DNA of 64,000 bases from Histomonas meleagridis 2922-C6/04-290x (taxonomy: Eukaryota > Protista > Parabasalia), in assembly GCA_020184695.1 (NCBI GenBank), contig JAANOX010000232.1:186001-250000 (forward strand), in the 5' to 3' direction. Under the pieces are notes generated by a model. It ran no database searches and had not been told where the DNA came from. It was given only the letters and a program-made list of their open reading frames with translations. Below are positions 21,142 through 30,403 of this stretch, piece after piece. The translations under genes were made by a program, and so were the position numbers. The stretch's first letter is position 1. Each line of letters starts with the position of its first letter.

Positions 21142-21500
21142 TTTTAATATAAATTTAGAAAGATTGTTCAAATAAACAGAAAAAATATATTAAAATTTGA
21201 TATGAATAAAAATGTTAAATATAAATACTTTAATGATTAATTTATCATGATCTTTTAAAACAAAATACAAATATAATCAATGAAGATAATTGTGATGAGA
21301 AATACAGAAATGATAATTTAACTGATTTATCTATGTTTTATTCATTTAAACTAAAAACAATATTCACAAGATCTTGTAATATTTGAAATTCTTTATCTAA
21401 ATGGATTTGGTTGCTACCCATCTACACAGGATATAATGATTCATTTACATCGAAATCGTTAAATATTTTCATCAGATGAAAAAAATTTAAGAGTAACTCA

Positions 21501-21725
21501 CATCATGAAGTTGTCAAAAAAGCTATTGATGGTTGTTATTATGCTTAATATATTGGATGTATTGTTTCACCACGAGAAGATTTTCTTCCAAAAGAAATAA
21601 TTGCGACGAATGTAACAGCAGCAGAAAATATCGTTAATTTAGTTAAACCAAAAACTAATGCAGATAATATTAAAGTTGTTTATATTGGGACAGTATCACA
21701 AACAGGAGATCGTCATTATCTATGA
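21501..21725 (+). pseudogene. Fragment of a bacterial-type NAD-dependent epimerase/dehydratase (extended SDR)
   Basis: EVVKKAIDGCYYA*YIGCIVSPREDFLPKEIIATNVTAAENIVNLVK..NADNIKVVYIGTVSQTGDR, with an internal stop. DNA is near-identical to the - strand copy around 33950-34050. Confidence 0.7.
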
Positions 21726-21896
21726 TGTGAATGTTTATCAAATGAAAACAGGTGATAAACAATATCATTTTATTCAATTAAATTCTTTTTCACATTGAGA
21801 AATTGCTTAGAAAGATATACATTTAGAAGAAATGAGAGATTGGGCATTAAACATTATTTTAAAATTATGAATAGTAAAAATATATTTCAAGCAAAA

Positions 21897-23755
21897 CTAA
21901 TAAATATTTTTTGTATTACTTTCATTCCTTTCTTTTTGAGTAATTAATTGAACAATTTCTGTATGACCATTTTCAGATGCTTCTATAAGTGCTGTTCTAA
22001 ATAATTTAAATAATTTCCTTATACTAAATTAAAATATCAAATTTTTAATATAAATTTTAATTAAAACAAATTAATATCTTTAGCATTAATATCAATTCCT
22101 TCTTGTTCAAGAAGTAATTTAACAATTTCAATGTTTCCACTTTCTATTCCAAACATAAGTGATGTTTTAAATGTTAAAATTAATTACCGAATATTATATT
22201 GAAATAAAAAATTATTAAAATAAATATCAAACAAAACAAATAAATATTTTTAGCATTAATATCAATTCCTTTTTGTTCAAGAAGTAATTTAGCTATTTCT
22301 ATGTAACCTTTTTGTGATGCAATCATAAGTGCTGTTTCAAATATTTTATATAATTTCCAAATATTATTTTGAAACCCAAATTTATTGAAATAATTTCCAT
22401 TCAATACAAATAAATAACCTTAGCATTAATATCGATACCTTTTTGTTTAATAAGTAATTTAACGATTTCTATATTATTTTTTTCACATGCCAATGTAAGT
22501 GCAGATTTAAATATGTTAAATATTTTTCAAGTATAATTTAAATCATTCAAATAAACGAAAAATTAAATTAAAAAATACCTTCAGCACTATCATCTACTAC
22601 ATTTTTTTCAAGAAGTAATTTTACTGTTTCTATGTGACCATTTTCAGACGCTTTCATAAGTGCTGTTTCAAATAATTTAAATAATTATTTTATATTGTTT
22701 TAAAATATCAAATTATTAAAATAATTTCTACTTAAAAGTAATAAATACCTTTCCAATAGAGATTGATTCCTTTTTGTTCAATAAGTAATTTAACTATTTC
22801 TGTGAAACCTTTTGAAGATGCTTTAATAAGTGCATTTTCAAATATTTTAATTAGACCCAAAATATTATTTTGAAATCGAAAATCATTAAAATAAATGCAA
22901 AATAAAATAAATTAATATCACTCCAATTGATATCAATTCCTTTTTGTTCAAGAAGTAATTTTATTATTTCTATTTTTCCATTTTCAGATGCAATAATTAA
23001 TGCTGTATTAAATAATTTAAATAATTTCCAAATATTATTTTAAAATATAAAATTATTTAAATAAATATTAAATAAAACAAAAAAATATCTTTAGCATTAA
23101 TATCAATTTCTTTTTGTTCAAGAAATAATTTAACTATTTGTATGTAACCTTTTTGAGACGCATTCATAAGTGCTGTCTGAAATATTTTTAATAATTTCCA
23201 AATATTATTTTGAAATTAAAATAAATAATTAAAATAAATATCAAATATAACTAATGAATATCTTTAGCATTAATATCAATTCCTTCTTGTTCAAGTAGCA
23301 ATTTAACTATTTCTATTTGGCCATTTTCAGATGTATACATAAGTGCTGTTTTAAATAATTTAAATAATTTCCAAATATTGTTTTGAAATAGGAAAAAATT
23401 ATTAAAATAATTATTAAATAAAACAGATGAATATCTTTAGCATTAATATCAATTTCTTTTTGTTCAAGAAGTAATTTAACTATTTGTATGTGACCTGCTG
23501 AAGATGCTTTAATAAGTGCTGTTTTAAATATTTTTAATAATTTCCAAATATTATTTTGAAATAAAAAATCATTAAAATAATTTTTAAATAAAACAAATAA
23601 ATATCTTTAGTATTAACATTAATCCCTTCTTTTTCTAAAATAGTTTCAACAAGTTTAATATTTCCTACAGTGCAGGCAACCAAAAATTGATCATCAAACA
23701 TTAATGAATTGTTCACTTTTAAATGTAAATTATTCAATAAATCACTGATCAACAT
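21897..23755 (-). CDS. Ankyrin repeat gene split into 11 coding segments by ten non-canonical 71-83-nt spacers
   Basis: ATG at 23755, then nine internal 90-nt stop-free cassettes of consensus TALMxASxxGxxEIVKLLLEQKGIDINAKD. The last segment ends ...NTKNIY* (TAG 21897-21899). Functional status is inferred from the intact cassettes. Confidence 0.75.
21906..23605 (-). repeat. Tandem array of ten ~170-nt units (90-nt ankyrin cassette + spacer)
   Basis: Spacers counted between the D-position and T-position codons: 23523-23602 (80), 23350-23432 (83), 23177-23259 (83), 23007-23086 (80), 22837-22916 (80), 22667-22746 (80), 22506-22576 (71), 22336-22415 (80), 22166-22245 (80), 21996-22075 (80). Confidence 0.95.
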
Positions 23756-23964
23756 GAAGGGATGATTTCTTCAGCAACGTATTATAACCCACTCATTTTT
23801 TTAACAGATCTAGTTTGTTCAAGTATATTTAAATTTCATGAAAATTAATGATAAACTCGAGATTTATCAAGTATGTTTTTTTAAAACAAGATTTTTCTAA
23901 ACGGTCGATTGATAAAATTTAATTCAATGCTTTATTCTAGACATCACTTGAGAAAACAAAGAGA

Positions 23965-26463
23965 ATGAATGCCTTTAGGCTACTTATGCAAAAGGTAACA
24001 TCATCAAAAAACAAGCTTCCAAAGAAAAAAACGGATAAGATTGGAGAAATGGACAAAAAATCCGAACTTCCAGAGATTTGTCAAAATTTAGATTCAAGTA
24101 ATCCCGAAATCAGAAAGAAAGGTGCTGAGCGCGTTATTTATCTTATGCGTTCAGGCGAAAATATGCGCCAACTTTTTTCGTATATGCTTCGTTGTGTTAA
24201 TACTGATGATTTATCATTGAAAAAAATCGTTTATTTATATCTTATAAATTATTCATCGCAAGAACCCGAACAAACAATAATGGCAGTTAATACATTTGTG
24301 CAAGATTCACAAAATCCAAATCCAATAATTCGTGCATTAGCTGTTCGTACAATGTGTCGAATACGAATTCAATCCGTAGCCGAAAATATGGTTCTTCCTC
24401 TTAAGCAAACGCTATCAGATCCATCCCCTTATGTTCGTAAAACAGCAGCTTTAGGTGTATCCAAATTGTATGACATTATTCCCGAAATTGTTGAAAATTC
24501 TGGACTTTTCCAATCATTAATTTCACTACTTAAAGATGAGAATCCACTTGTTATCACCAATGCGATCACTTCTATTTTAGAGATTAATTCTCTTCGAACA
24601 AATCCAATTCTTCAATTAACATCCGAAACTGTCATTCCAATTCTATCAGCTCTTAATGATTGTACCGAGTGGTGTCAAATCACTTTACTGGATGCATTAT
24701 CTCAATACATTCCAGAAACATCAAATCATGCAGAGTCGCTCAACGACCGTTTAATTTTTTTCCTCAAAAACGAAAACCCGGCGGTTGTTATCGGCGTGTT
24801 CAAATGCATCTATCGTTTTCTTGAATATGATAGTCGAGGACCAAATTATATATTAACGAAAGTGATCCCACCTGTTATGACACTTTTGAACACCACCGAT
24901 CCCGAAATTCAATACATTGTTTTGAGAACTTTATCATTATTTGTTGTCAAATATCCCAATTCATTATCTAATCAAATCTCTGTTTTCTTTTGTAAATACA
25001 ATGATAAATCATACATTAAAATGGAGAAGCTGAACATTATCATGGCCATCTGTACCAAATCTAAAGCTAAATTAGTGCTCGATGAATTATCACAATATTG
25101 TAATTCAGTTGACGTATCGTTTGTAAAGCGTTCAATTCATTGTATCGGCGAATTAGCGTTAAAATTCAAAGGGACATCACCATCATGCGTTGATGTGCTA
25201 ATGAAGTTGTTGGAATGTAAGGCGGATTATGCGATTGAGGAGGCAATGATAGCGATGTGTGACATACTACGGAAGTATCCAGGCGAGTTTGAGAACGTAA
25301 TTCCACAAGTATGTAATAATATGGACCAAGTTAAAGAACCTTTAGCTCGTGCTTCAGCAATATGGATCTTAGGTGAATATAATGAATATATAGAGAACAT
25401 TGATGTGTTAATTGACCCATTTCTAGATACATTTCAGGATGAAGAATCAATTGTACAATCACAAATCATCACAGCACTCGTAAAGATCTTCATAAATAAT
25501 CCGGAGAATTCACGTGATCAATTACAATTCGTATTAAATGAAGCAGCAAAATCAACAATTTCACCAGACGTACAAAATCAGGCGTTAATATATTGGCGAT
25601 TATTAACTAATGATGTTAAATTTGCTAAAGATATTATCATATTCCCAAAGGATAATATCCAAAATGTTATTACTGTCGGTGGTACACAATATGATGAATC
25701 AGTGTTAGAAGAACTTTTAAGGAATATGGGATTAGCGTCAGGTGTATTACGTGAGTTACCATCGACTTTCATTATCAAATCGAATTCACAAAAAGAGAAA
25801 AACATTACAAAAGAAAAGAAATGGTATCAAATGAAAATTAATGATGACATTGATTTCATTGATATATTTATGGCCATCGACAAACAAAAGTTTTATTTAA
25901 AGATTAGTAATCGTTGTACATTACCGATCAGTGATTTTGCATTTGCGATTAATTTAAATATTATCGGGCTACAAATAGATAATGATAATGGTAATTTCCC
26001 TTCGAACTTAGATGAAGATGAAAATTGTATAATTAGTTTCGATTATAGTTTCGACTTAAGTCAATCAGATAACAAAAACAAAAAATATTTGGAAACTGCT
26101 TTAAGAACTAATTATGGTACTGTATTTGCTTATGGTCGAATTCCAATAGAAATTTCGTTAAATGATTCAGGGAAAATTTCCCAGAATAAATTCACAGAAT
26201 ATTATAACACATTTAAAGTCTCATTTAAATTCACTATAAATAATGCATTAATACCTGACGATGAGATATTAAATGATCGAAAAGTATTCGTCATCGGTAA
26301 GAATCATAACAAAATATTCGTTTGTTGTTACATTTCTGACGATTTAATTTTCGTTGGTGAATTATTCCAAAATGTAAATAATATTGAAGTATTCGGTTTC
26401 ACTAATAACAATGAATTACATTACTTAATCGAAGAAAATGGTTATTATCTTTTCGCTGAATAA
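23965..26463 (+). CDS. Adaptor protein complex beta subunit (AP-1/AP-2-type beta-adaptin)
   Basis: LKKIVYLYLINYS, AVNTFVQDSQNPNPIIRALAVRTM, DPSPYVRKTAALGVSKLYD, PEIQYIVLRTL, KSYIKMEKLNI, ASAIWILGEY and QNQALIYWRLL, followed by an appendage-like C-terminus. Confidence 0.95.
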   Translation: MNAFRLLMQKVTSSKNKLPKKKTDKIGEMDKKSELPEICQNLDSSNPEIRKKGAERVIYLMRSGENMRQLFSYMLRCVNTDDLSLKKIVYLYLINYSSQEPEQTIMAVNTFVQDSQNPNPIIRALAVRTMCRIRIQSVAENMVLPLKQTLSDPSPYVRKTAALGVSKLYDIIPEIVENSGLFQSLISLLKDENPLVITNAITSILEINSLRTNPILQLTSETVIPILSALNDCTEWCQITLLDALSQYIPETSNHAESLNDRLIFFLKNENPAVVIGVFKCIYRFLEYDSRGPNYILTKVIPPVMTLLNTTDPEIQYIVLRTLSLFVVKYPNSLSNQISVFFCKYNDKSYIKMEKLNIIMAICTKSKAKLVLDELSQYCNSVDVSFVKRSIHCIGELALKFKGTSPSCVDVLMKLLECKADYAIEEAMIAMCDILRKYPGEFENVIPQVCNNMDQVKEPLARASAIWILGEYNEYIENIDVLIDPFLDTFQDEESIVQSQIITALVKIFINNPENSRDQLQFVLNEAAKSTISPDVQNQALIYWRLLTNDVKFAKDIIIFPKDNIQNVITVGGTQYDESVLEELLRNMGLASGVLRELPSTFIIKSNSQKEKNITKEKKWYQMKINDDIDFIDIFMAIDKQKFYLKISNRCTLPISDFAFAINLNIIGLQIDNDNGNFPSNLDEDENCIISFDYSFDLSQSDNKNKKYLETALRTNYGTVFAYGRIPIEISLNDSGKISQNKFTEYYNTFKVSFKFTINNALIPDDEILNDRKVFVIGKNHNKIFVCCYISDDLIFVGELFQNVNNIEVFGFTNNNELHYLIEENGYYLFAE

Positions 26464-26478
26464 AAAAATTTGTATTTC

Positions 26479-29400
26479 TTATTGATTATCATCGTAATCC
26501 TCCTCTTCACCAGAATAATTCGAATCGTTGTACGACGTGTCAGTCAGTGACTCCGCCGCCTCTTCGTCTGTTGACTGCTTCCGCTTCGCCAAAAGTGACG
26601 TCAGGTCTTCCGCTTCTTCTTTGAAGTAGTTTAACGGATTCGTGTTAACGTCTTCAAGTAGGCCGTTATGAGATGTGAGAGTGCTGAAGTCGTCAGAGTC
26701 GTCGAAGTAAACGGGCAATGTGGAGTGGGATGAGTCCTCCGACAGAGAGGCGTTGATGAGCGGAGAGTCGCTGACGTGCTGAGAAGGAGTGGAGAAGTCG
26801 TGGTCGGAGGAGGTGTCTATGAACTTGTCGGGGTATATGAGCGGATTGAGGATGGTGGTGCCGTCGGATCCTTTTGGCGAATCGCAACTTTGCTGCGATT
26901 TGTCTGCGCGATTTGTGTCGTCGGCGTTCTGCTGCTTATCAGTCTGCGATGGTGGCATTAGCGAGTGCAGGTCTTCGTTGTTTGGTTTGGCTTCTTCAGT
27001 TTGAGCTGGTGGCATTAGAGAGTTCAGGTCTTCGTTGTCTTCGTTGTTTGGTTTGGCTTCTTCAGTTTGAGCTGGTGGCATTAGAGAGTTCAGGTCTTCG
27101 TTGTGCTGCTGTTCGTCTTCGGAACTCTTTTCGTTGTTTGATTTGGTTTCTTCTGTGATAATATCTGCGTTCAGGTCTTCGTTGTTCTGTTGGTTTGTAT
27201 CTGCATGACTGTCATCTGCTTCTTGCGGATTTGGAATGGAATCATTGGATTGGTCGGGCGGCGCCGGCGAGTTCGGAGCTTCGGCATGTTCATCTTCATC
27301 TTTCTTCTGCTGCTTTGCTTCTTCACTCTGATCCTGAAGTGGATTTGATGCGTCAATGTCTTCTTGCTTGTCTTCATTTTGTTGCTTTGTATCATTACTT
27401 TGATTAGAAAACATTACTGAGTTTAATCCATCAATGTCTTCTTGCTTGTCTTCATTTTGTTTACTTTTTTCGCTTTGCTCTGGATACATTAGTGAGTTCA
27501 GTTCTTCGACATCTTCTTGCTTGTCTTCATTTTGTTGCTTTGTATCATTACTTTGCTCAGGGTGTATTGGTGAATTTTGTTCTTCGATATCTTCTTGTTT
27601 CTCTTCATTTTGTTTACTTTTTTCACTTTGATCTGGATACATCAATGAGTTCAATTCTTCGATGTCTTCTTCCTTGTCTTTGTTCTGTTGCTTTGTGTCA
27701 TTTTGTTTCGGAAACATTACAGAGTTTAATCCTTTGGCATTTTTCTGCTTATTTTCTTCGTCCTGATCTGGATACATTAATGAGTTCAGTTCTTCAATGT
27801 TTTCTTTCTTTTCTTCGTCTTGATCAGGATACATTAGTGAATTCAGTTCTTCGATGTCTTCTTGCTTGTCTTTGTTCTTCTGCTTTGTATCATTTTGTTT
27901 CGGAAACATTACTGAGTTTAATCCTTTGACATTTTTCTGCTTATTTTCTTCGTCTTGATCTGGATACATTAATGAGTTCAGTTCTTCGATGTCTTCTTCC
28001 TTGTCTTTGTTCTGTTGCTTTGTGTCATTTTGTTTCGGAAACATTATTGAGTTTAATCCTTTAACATTTTTCTGCTTATTTTCTTCGTCTTGATCTGGAT
28101 ACATTAATGAGTTCAGTTCTTCGATGTTTTCCTTCTTTTCTTCATTCTGGTCCGGGTACAGCAGTGAGTTCAATTCTTCGATGTTCTGTTGTTTATTACC
28201 ATTTGAATTCTTTTGTATTTCTTCTGATTCCTTATCTGGATACAAAAGCGAATTCAGCTCTTCAACGTTCTCTTTGTTATCATTTTTATTATAATTACTA
28301 TTTTCGATTACTACTGATTTGTTTTGTTTTGTTTTATTGTTATCGAACAGTAAAGAATCCAATTCTTCATTGTTCTCTTTTTCATCATCAGAATTTATAT
28401 TTCCAAGTAATATCGAATTTTGTTTGTTTTCATTTGGCGGATTTATTTTTGGTGTTATCCCTTTCGGTAATATTAAACTTTGTCTTCTGACTACAGTTCT
28501 TTCTTGTGATTGTCTCTTTTGATTTATCTGTTTCCTGACTTGTTGGATAATCGCAGGATTACTCTTGAATGGGCCAATAGAGTTATGTCGCTTCAATGGA
28601 GTGTTTTGGCCGAGCGAAAATGGACTCACTGTTTTCATGTTTGGAGTTCCTGGATTTCGTCGTATGATTTGGACGGGTCCTGGAACAAATACAAATGGTT
28701 TTACTGGTTCATTTTGTGAGTTGAGCGAACTAATTTTCTCTTTTTCTTCTGACGCAAATGTGGTGTTTATTGGTGGCGGTGAGTTCTGTTGTGGTCTCTT
28801 AGTTTCATCTTCTTCTGATGTAATAGATGATGATGATGATAAACTTGACTCTTTGGTTTCTTTTGTTGGCTTGTTAGAATCTGATGATATTGATGATGAT
28901 TTTGTCTCTTTTATGACTTTGTTCTCTTGTAATTCTTTGTTGATCTTTTCTTCGGATGATGAAAATGATGATGATAGACTTGATTCTTTTGTTTTGCTTT
29001 GAATTATTTGCTTTTCTTCGTCTGATGGAAACGTTGAAATGCTTGATTCTTTATCTTTCTTTAATTCTTTTGTTTGATTTTTGTCATTTTCTTTATCTGA
29101 TGATATTGATTCATTTTGTGAATCATTGTTATCCATATCATATGATGAATTTGAATAATTTTCTTCCTCTTCTTCAAAACATAATGAATTGCTTTCATCA
29201 TCTGTTGATGCACTTTTCTTTGGCGGTTTCACCGGTGAATTTTTGGCACTTTTCGGTGATCCAGTTACGTTTTGACTGCGTTCTGTCGGCAGAATTTTGT
29301 CCATTCGAAAACCAGATACTTGGTATACAGTTTTGCTAAAGAATAAATTAAGTTCTTTAAGTGTAACTCTATACTTTTTAGAATCTGATTTGGCTGATGC

Positions 29401-30156
29401 AAAATTATTCATAATTTTGGTACGAATGGAAATAAATTGATTTTTAAGATTCTTTGATTGTGTTGTTAGAATGCTTTTGCGATTCGTTTTACGTCTGGAT
29501 AATTCAGTTAATAATTTTTCATCAAGAATAATTATCTCTTTTTCTTGACGACTCTTTATTTGTGCTCGAAGAAGTTTATACTTTTTGTTGAGCTCTAATT
29601 TTCGTTGGCGTTGCTCGTTTTCAAAGATTTGATCTCCCCTTTGTTTGGAACGAAGAGCTTCATCAAACTTATTATTACGAGCTAGAAGTTTAGCTTGGTT
29701 GTAATAATCCATTTGTGCTTTGATTGGCTTGCTTCTTGATTGTATTAACTCAATCGAAAATTTTTTCTCTATTTCGGTCAATTCATTGATGTGTTTGGTT
29801 TGCATTTCTTGAAATGATGAATCGATCCGTTCACGGATTTCCAATTCTTTTTCTTTGTATTTTTGATCAAGTTCTTTTCGCTGGTTTTGATAATCAGCAT
29901 AAGCTTGATTAACTTCTTTAGAAATTCGATCCTTTAGATCTTCGACCATTTTCAAAAAAGCTTCATCTCTTTTAACCCGTATAATTTCTTCAATTTTACG
30001 TGCTTCATTAAAATTGAGATCATCAATAAACTGTGATTTTTGTGATTCCAATTGTTCAATCGACATTACACTGTAGCTTCCATAAGAAGACGATTCTTTT
30101 ATTCCTGTTTGACTTAGAAGTAATCTCTCCACAGAGTGGGAAGATGCTGTCGACAT
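26479..30156 (-). CDS. Hypothetical protein: N-terminal coiled coil and long acidic low-complexity repeat region
   Basis: 1225-aa uninterrupted ORF with a helical K/E/Q-rich N-terminus, Ser-rich middle and LNS(L/V/I)M(Y/F)P repeats. Its stop lies 15 bp from the convergent beta-adaptin stop. Confidence 0.85.
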   Translation of the reverse strand: MSTASSHSVERLLLSQTGIKESSSYGSYSVMSIEQLESQKSQFIDDLNFNEARKIEEIIRVKRDEAFLKMVEDLKDRISKEVNQAYADYQNQRKELDQKYKEKELEIRERIDSSFQEMQTKHINELTEIEKKFSIELIQSRSKPIKAQMDYYNQAKLLARNNKFDEALRSKQRGDQIFENEQRQRKLELNKKYKLLRAQIKSRQEKEIIILDEKLLTELSRRKTNRKSILTTQSKNLKNQFISIRTKIMNNFASAKSDSKKYRVTLKELNLFFSKTVYQVSGFRMDKILPTERSQNVTGSPKSAKNSPVKPPKKSASTDDESNSLCFEEEEENYSNSSYDMDNNDSQNESISSDKENDKNQTKELKKDKESSISTFPSDEEKQIIQSKTKESSLSSSFSSSEEKINKELQENKVIKETKSSSISSDSNKPTKETKESSLSSSSSITSEEDETKRPQQNSPPPINTTFASEEKEKISSLNSQNEPVKPFVFVPGPVQIIRRNPGTPNMKTVSPFSLGQNTPLKRHNSIGPFKSNPAIIQQVRKQINQKRQSQERTVVRRQSLILPKGITPKINPPNENKQNSILLGNINSDDEKENNEELDSLLFDNNKTKQNKSVVIENSNYNKNDNKENVEELNSLLYPDKESEEIQKNSNGNKQQNIEELNSLLYPDQNEEKKENIEELNSLMYPDQDEENKQKNVKGLNSIMFPKQNDTKQQNKDKEEDIEELNSLMYPDQDEENKQKNVKGLNSVMFPKQNDTKQKNKDKQEDIEELNSLMYPDQDEEKKENIEELNSLMYPDQDEENKQKNAKGLNSVMFPKQNDTKQQNKDKEEDIEELNSLMYPDQSEKSKQNEEKQEDIEEQNSPIHPEQSNDTKQQNEDKQEDVEELNSLMYPEQSEKSKQNEDKQEDIDGLNSVMFSNQSNDTKQQNEDKQEDIDASNPLQDQSEEAKQQKKDEDEHAEAPNSPAPPDQSNDSIPNPQEADDSHADTNQQNNEDLNADIITEETKSNNEKSSEDEQQHNEDLNSLMPPAQTEEAKPNNEDNEDLNSLMPPAQTEEAKPNNEDLHSLMPPSQTDKQQNADDTNRADKSQQSCDSPKGSDGTTILNPLIYPDKFIDTSSDHDFSTPSQHVSDSPLINASLSEDSSHSTLPVYFDDSDDFSTLTSHNGLLEDVNTNPLNYFKEEAEDLTSLLAKRKQSTDEEAAESLTDTSYNDSNYSGEEEDYDDNQ
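26940..28280 (-). repeat. Intragenic tandem repeats (about 45-aa/135-nt units and derivatives) built on the EELNSLMYP motif
   Basis: Near-identical units EELNSLMYPDQDEENKQKNVKGLNS(I/V)MFPKQNDTKQQNKDK. Roughly 17 LNSxMxP-like motifs counted by eye. Confidence 0.9.
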
Positions 30157-30403
30157 TGGTAATCAAAAAGTGCCAAATTATCGAAAATCAATTTTTACAC
30201 AGAAGAACAATTAATTTATATTCTAAAAGATTGATTTCATATTGCCTTCAAATAAGATAATTGTAGAAAAATGTTATATTGATCAAATAGATCTAGAAAC
30301 GAATTTTTTAAGAAACATGATTTTGAAAACTTTACATATTCTAAATGCCGTTTTGCTCTCTAATTTTTTCAATTGTCATTACTCGACCAAAAAAAAATTA
30401 AAA

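Noticed and set aside
21996-23602. Canonical GT-AG introns (AAG|GTATT donor with ACAG|CA acceptor)
   Set aside because: GT follows the K codon plus one base in only 3 of 10 spacers, and the AG is missing in 3 of 10 (AATG, TCTG, ACAT). No trichomonad branch-point motif is present, and this join would delete the conserved D and T residues.
21906-23605. CRISPR array interpretation of the 170-nt periodic repeat
   Set aside because: Eukaryotic context, no cas genes, and both alternating parts are conserved. One part encodes ankyrin repeats and the spacers are similar to each other rather than unique.
21897-23755. Alternative genetic code (TAA/TAG = Gln) explaining the broken ORFs
   Set aside because: Conserved genes here end at TAA, TAG and TGA at the expected positions, and the spacers shift frame regardless of stop reassignment.
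21897-23755. Sequencing or homopolymer error as the source of the spacers
   Set aside because: The inserts are about 80-nt complex, mutually similar sequences at a fixed position in four loci, and the flanking housekeeping ORFs are intact.
26693-29339. Numerous antisense and alternate-frame ORFs in the repeat-rich gene
   Set aside because: By-products of repetitive, locally GC-richer coding sequence.
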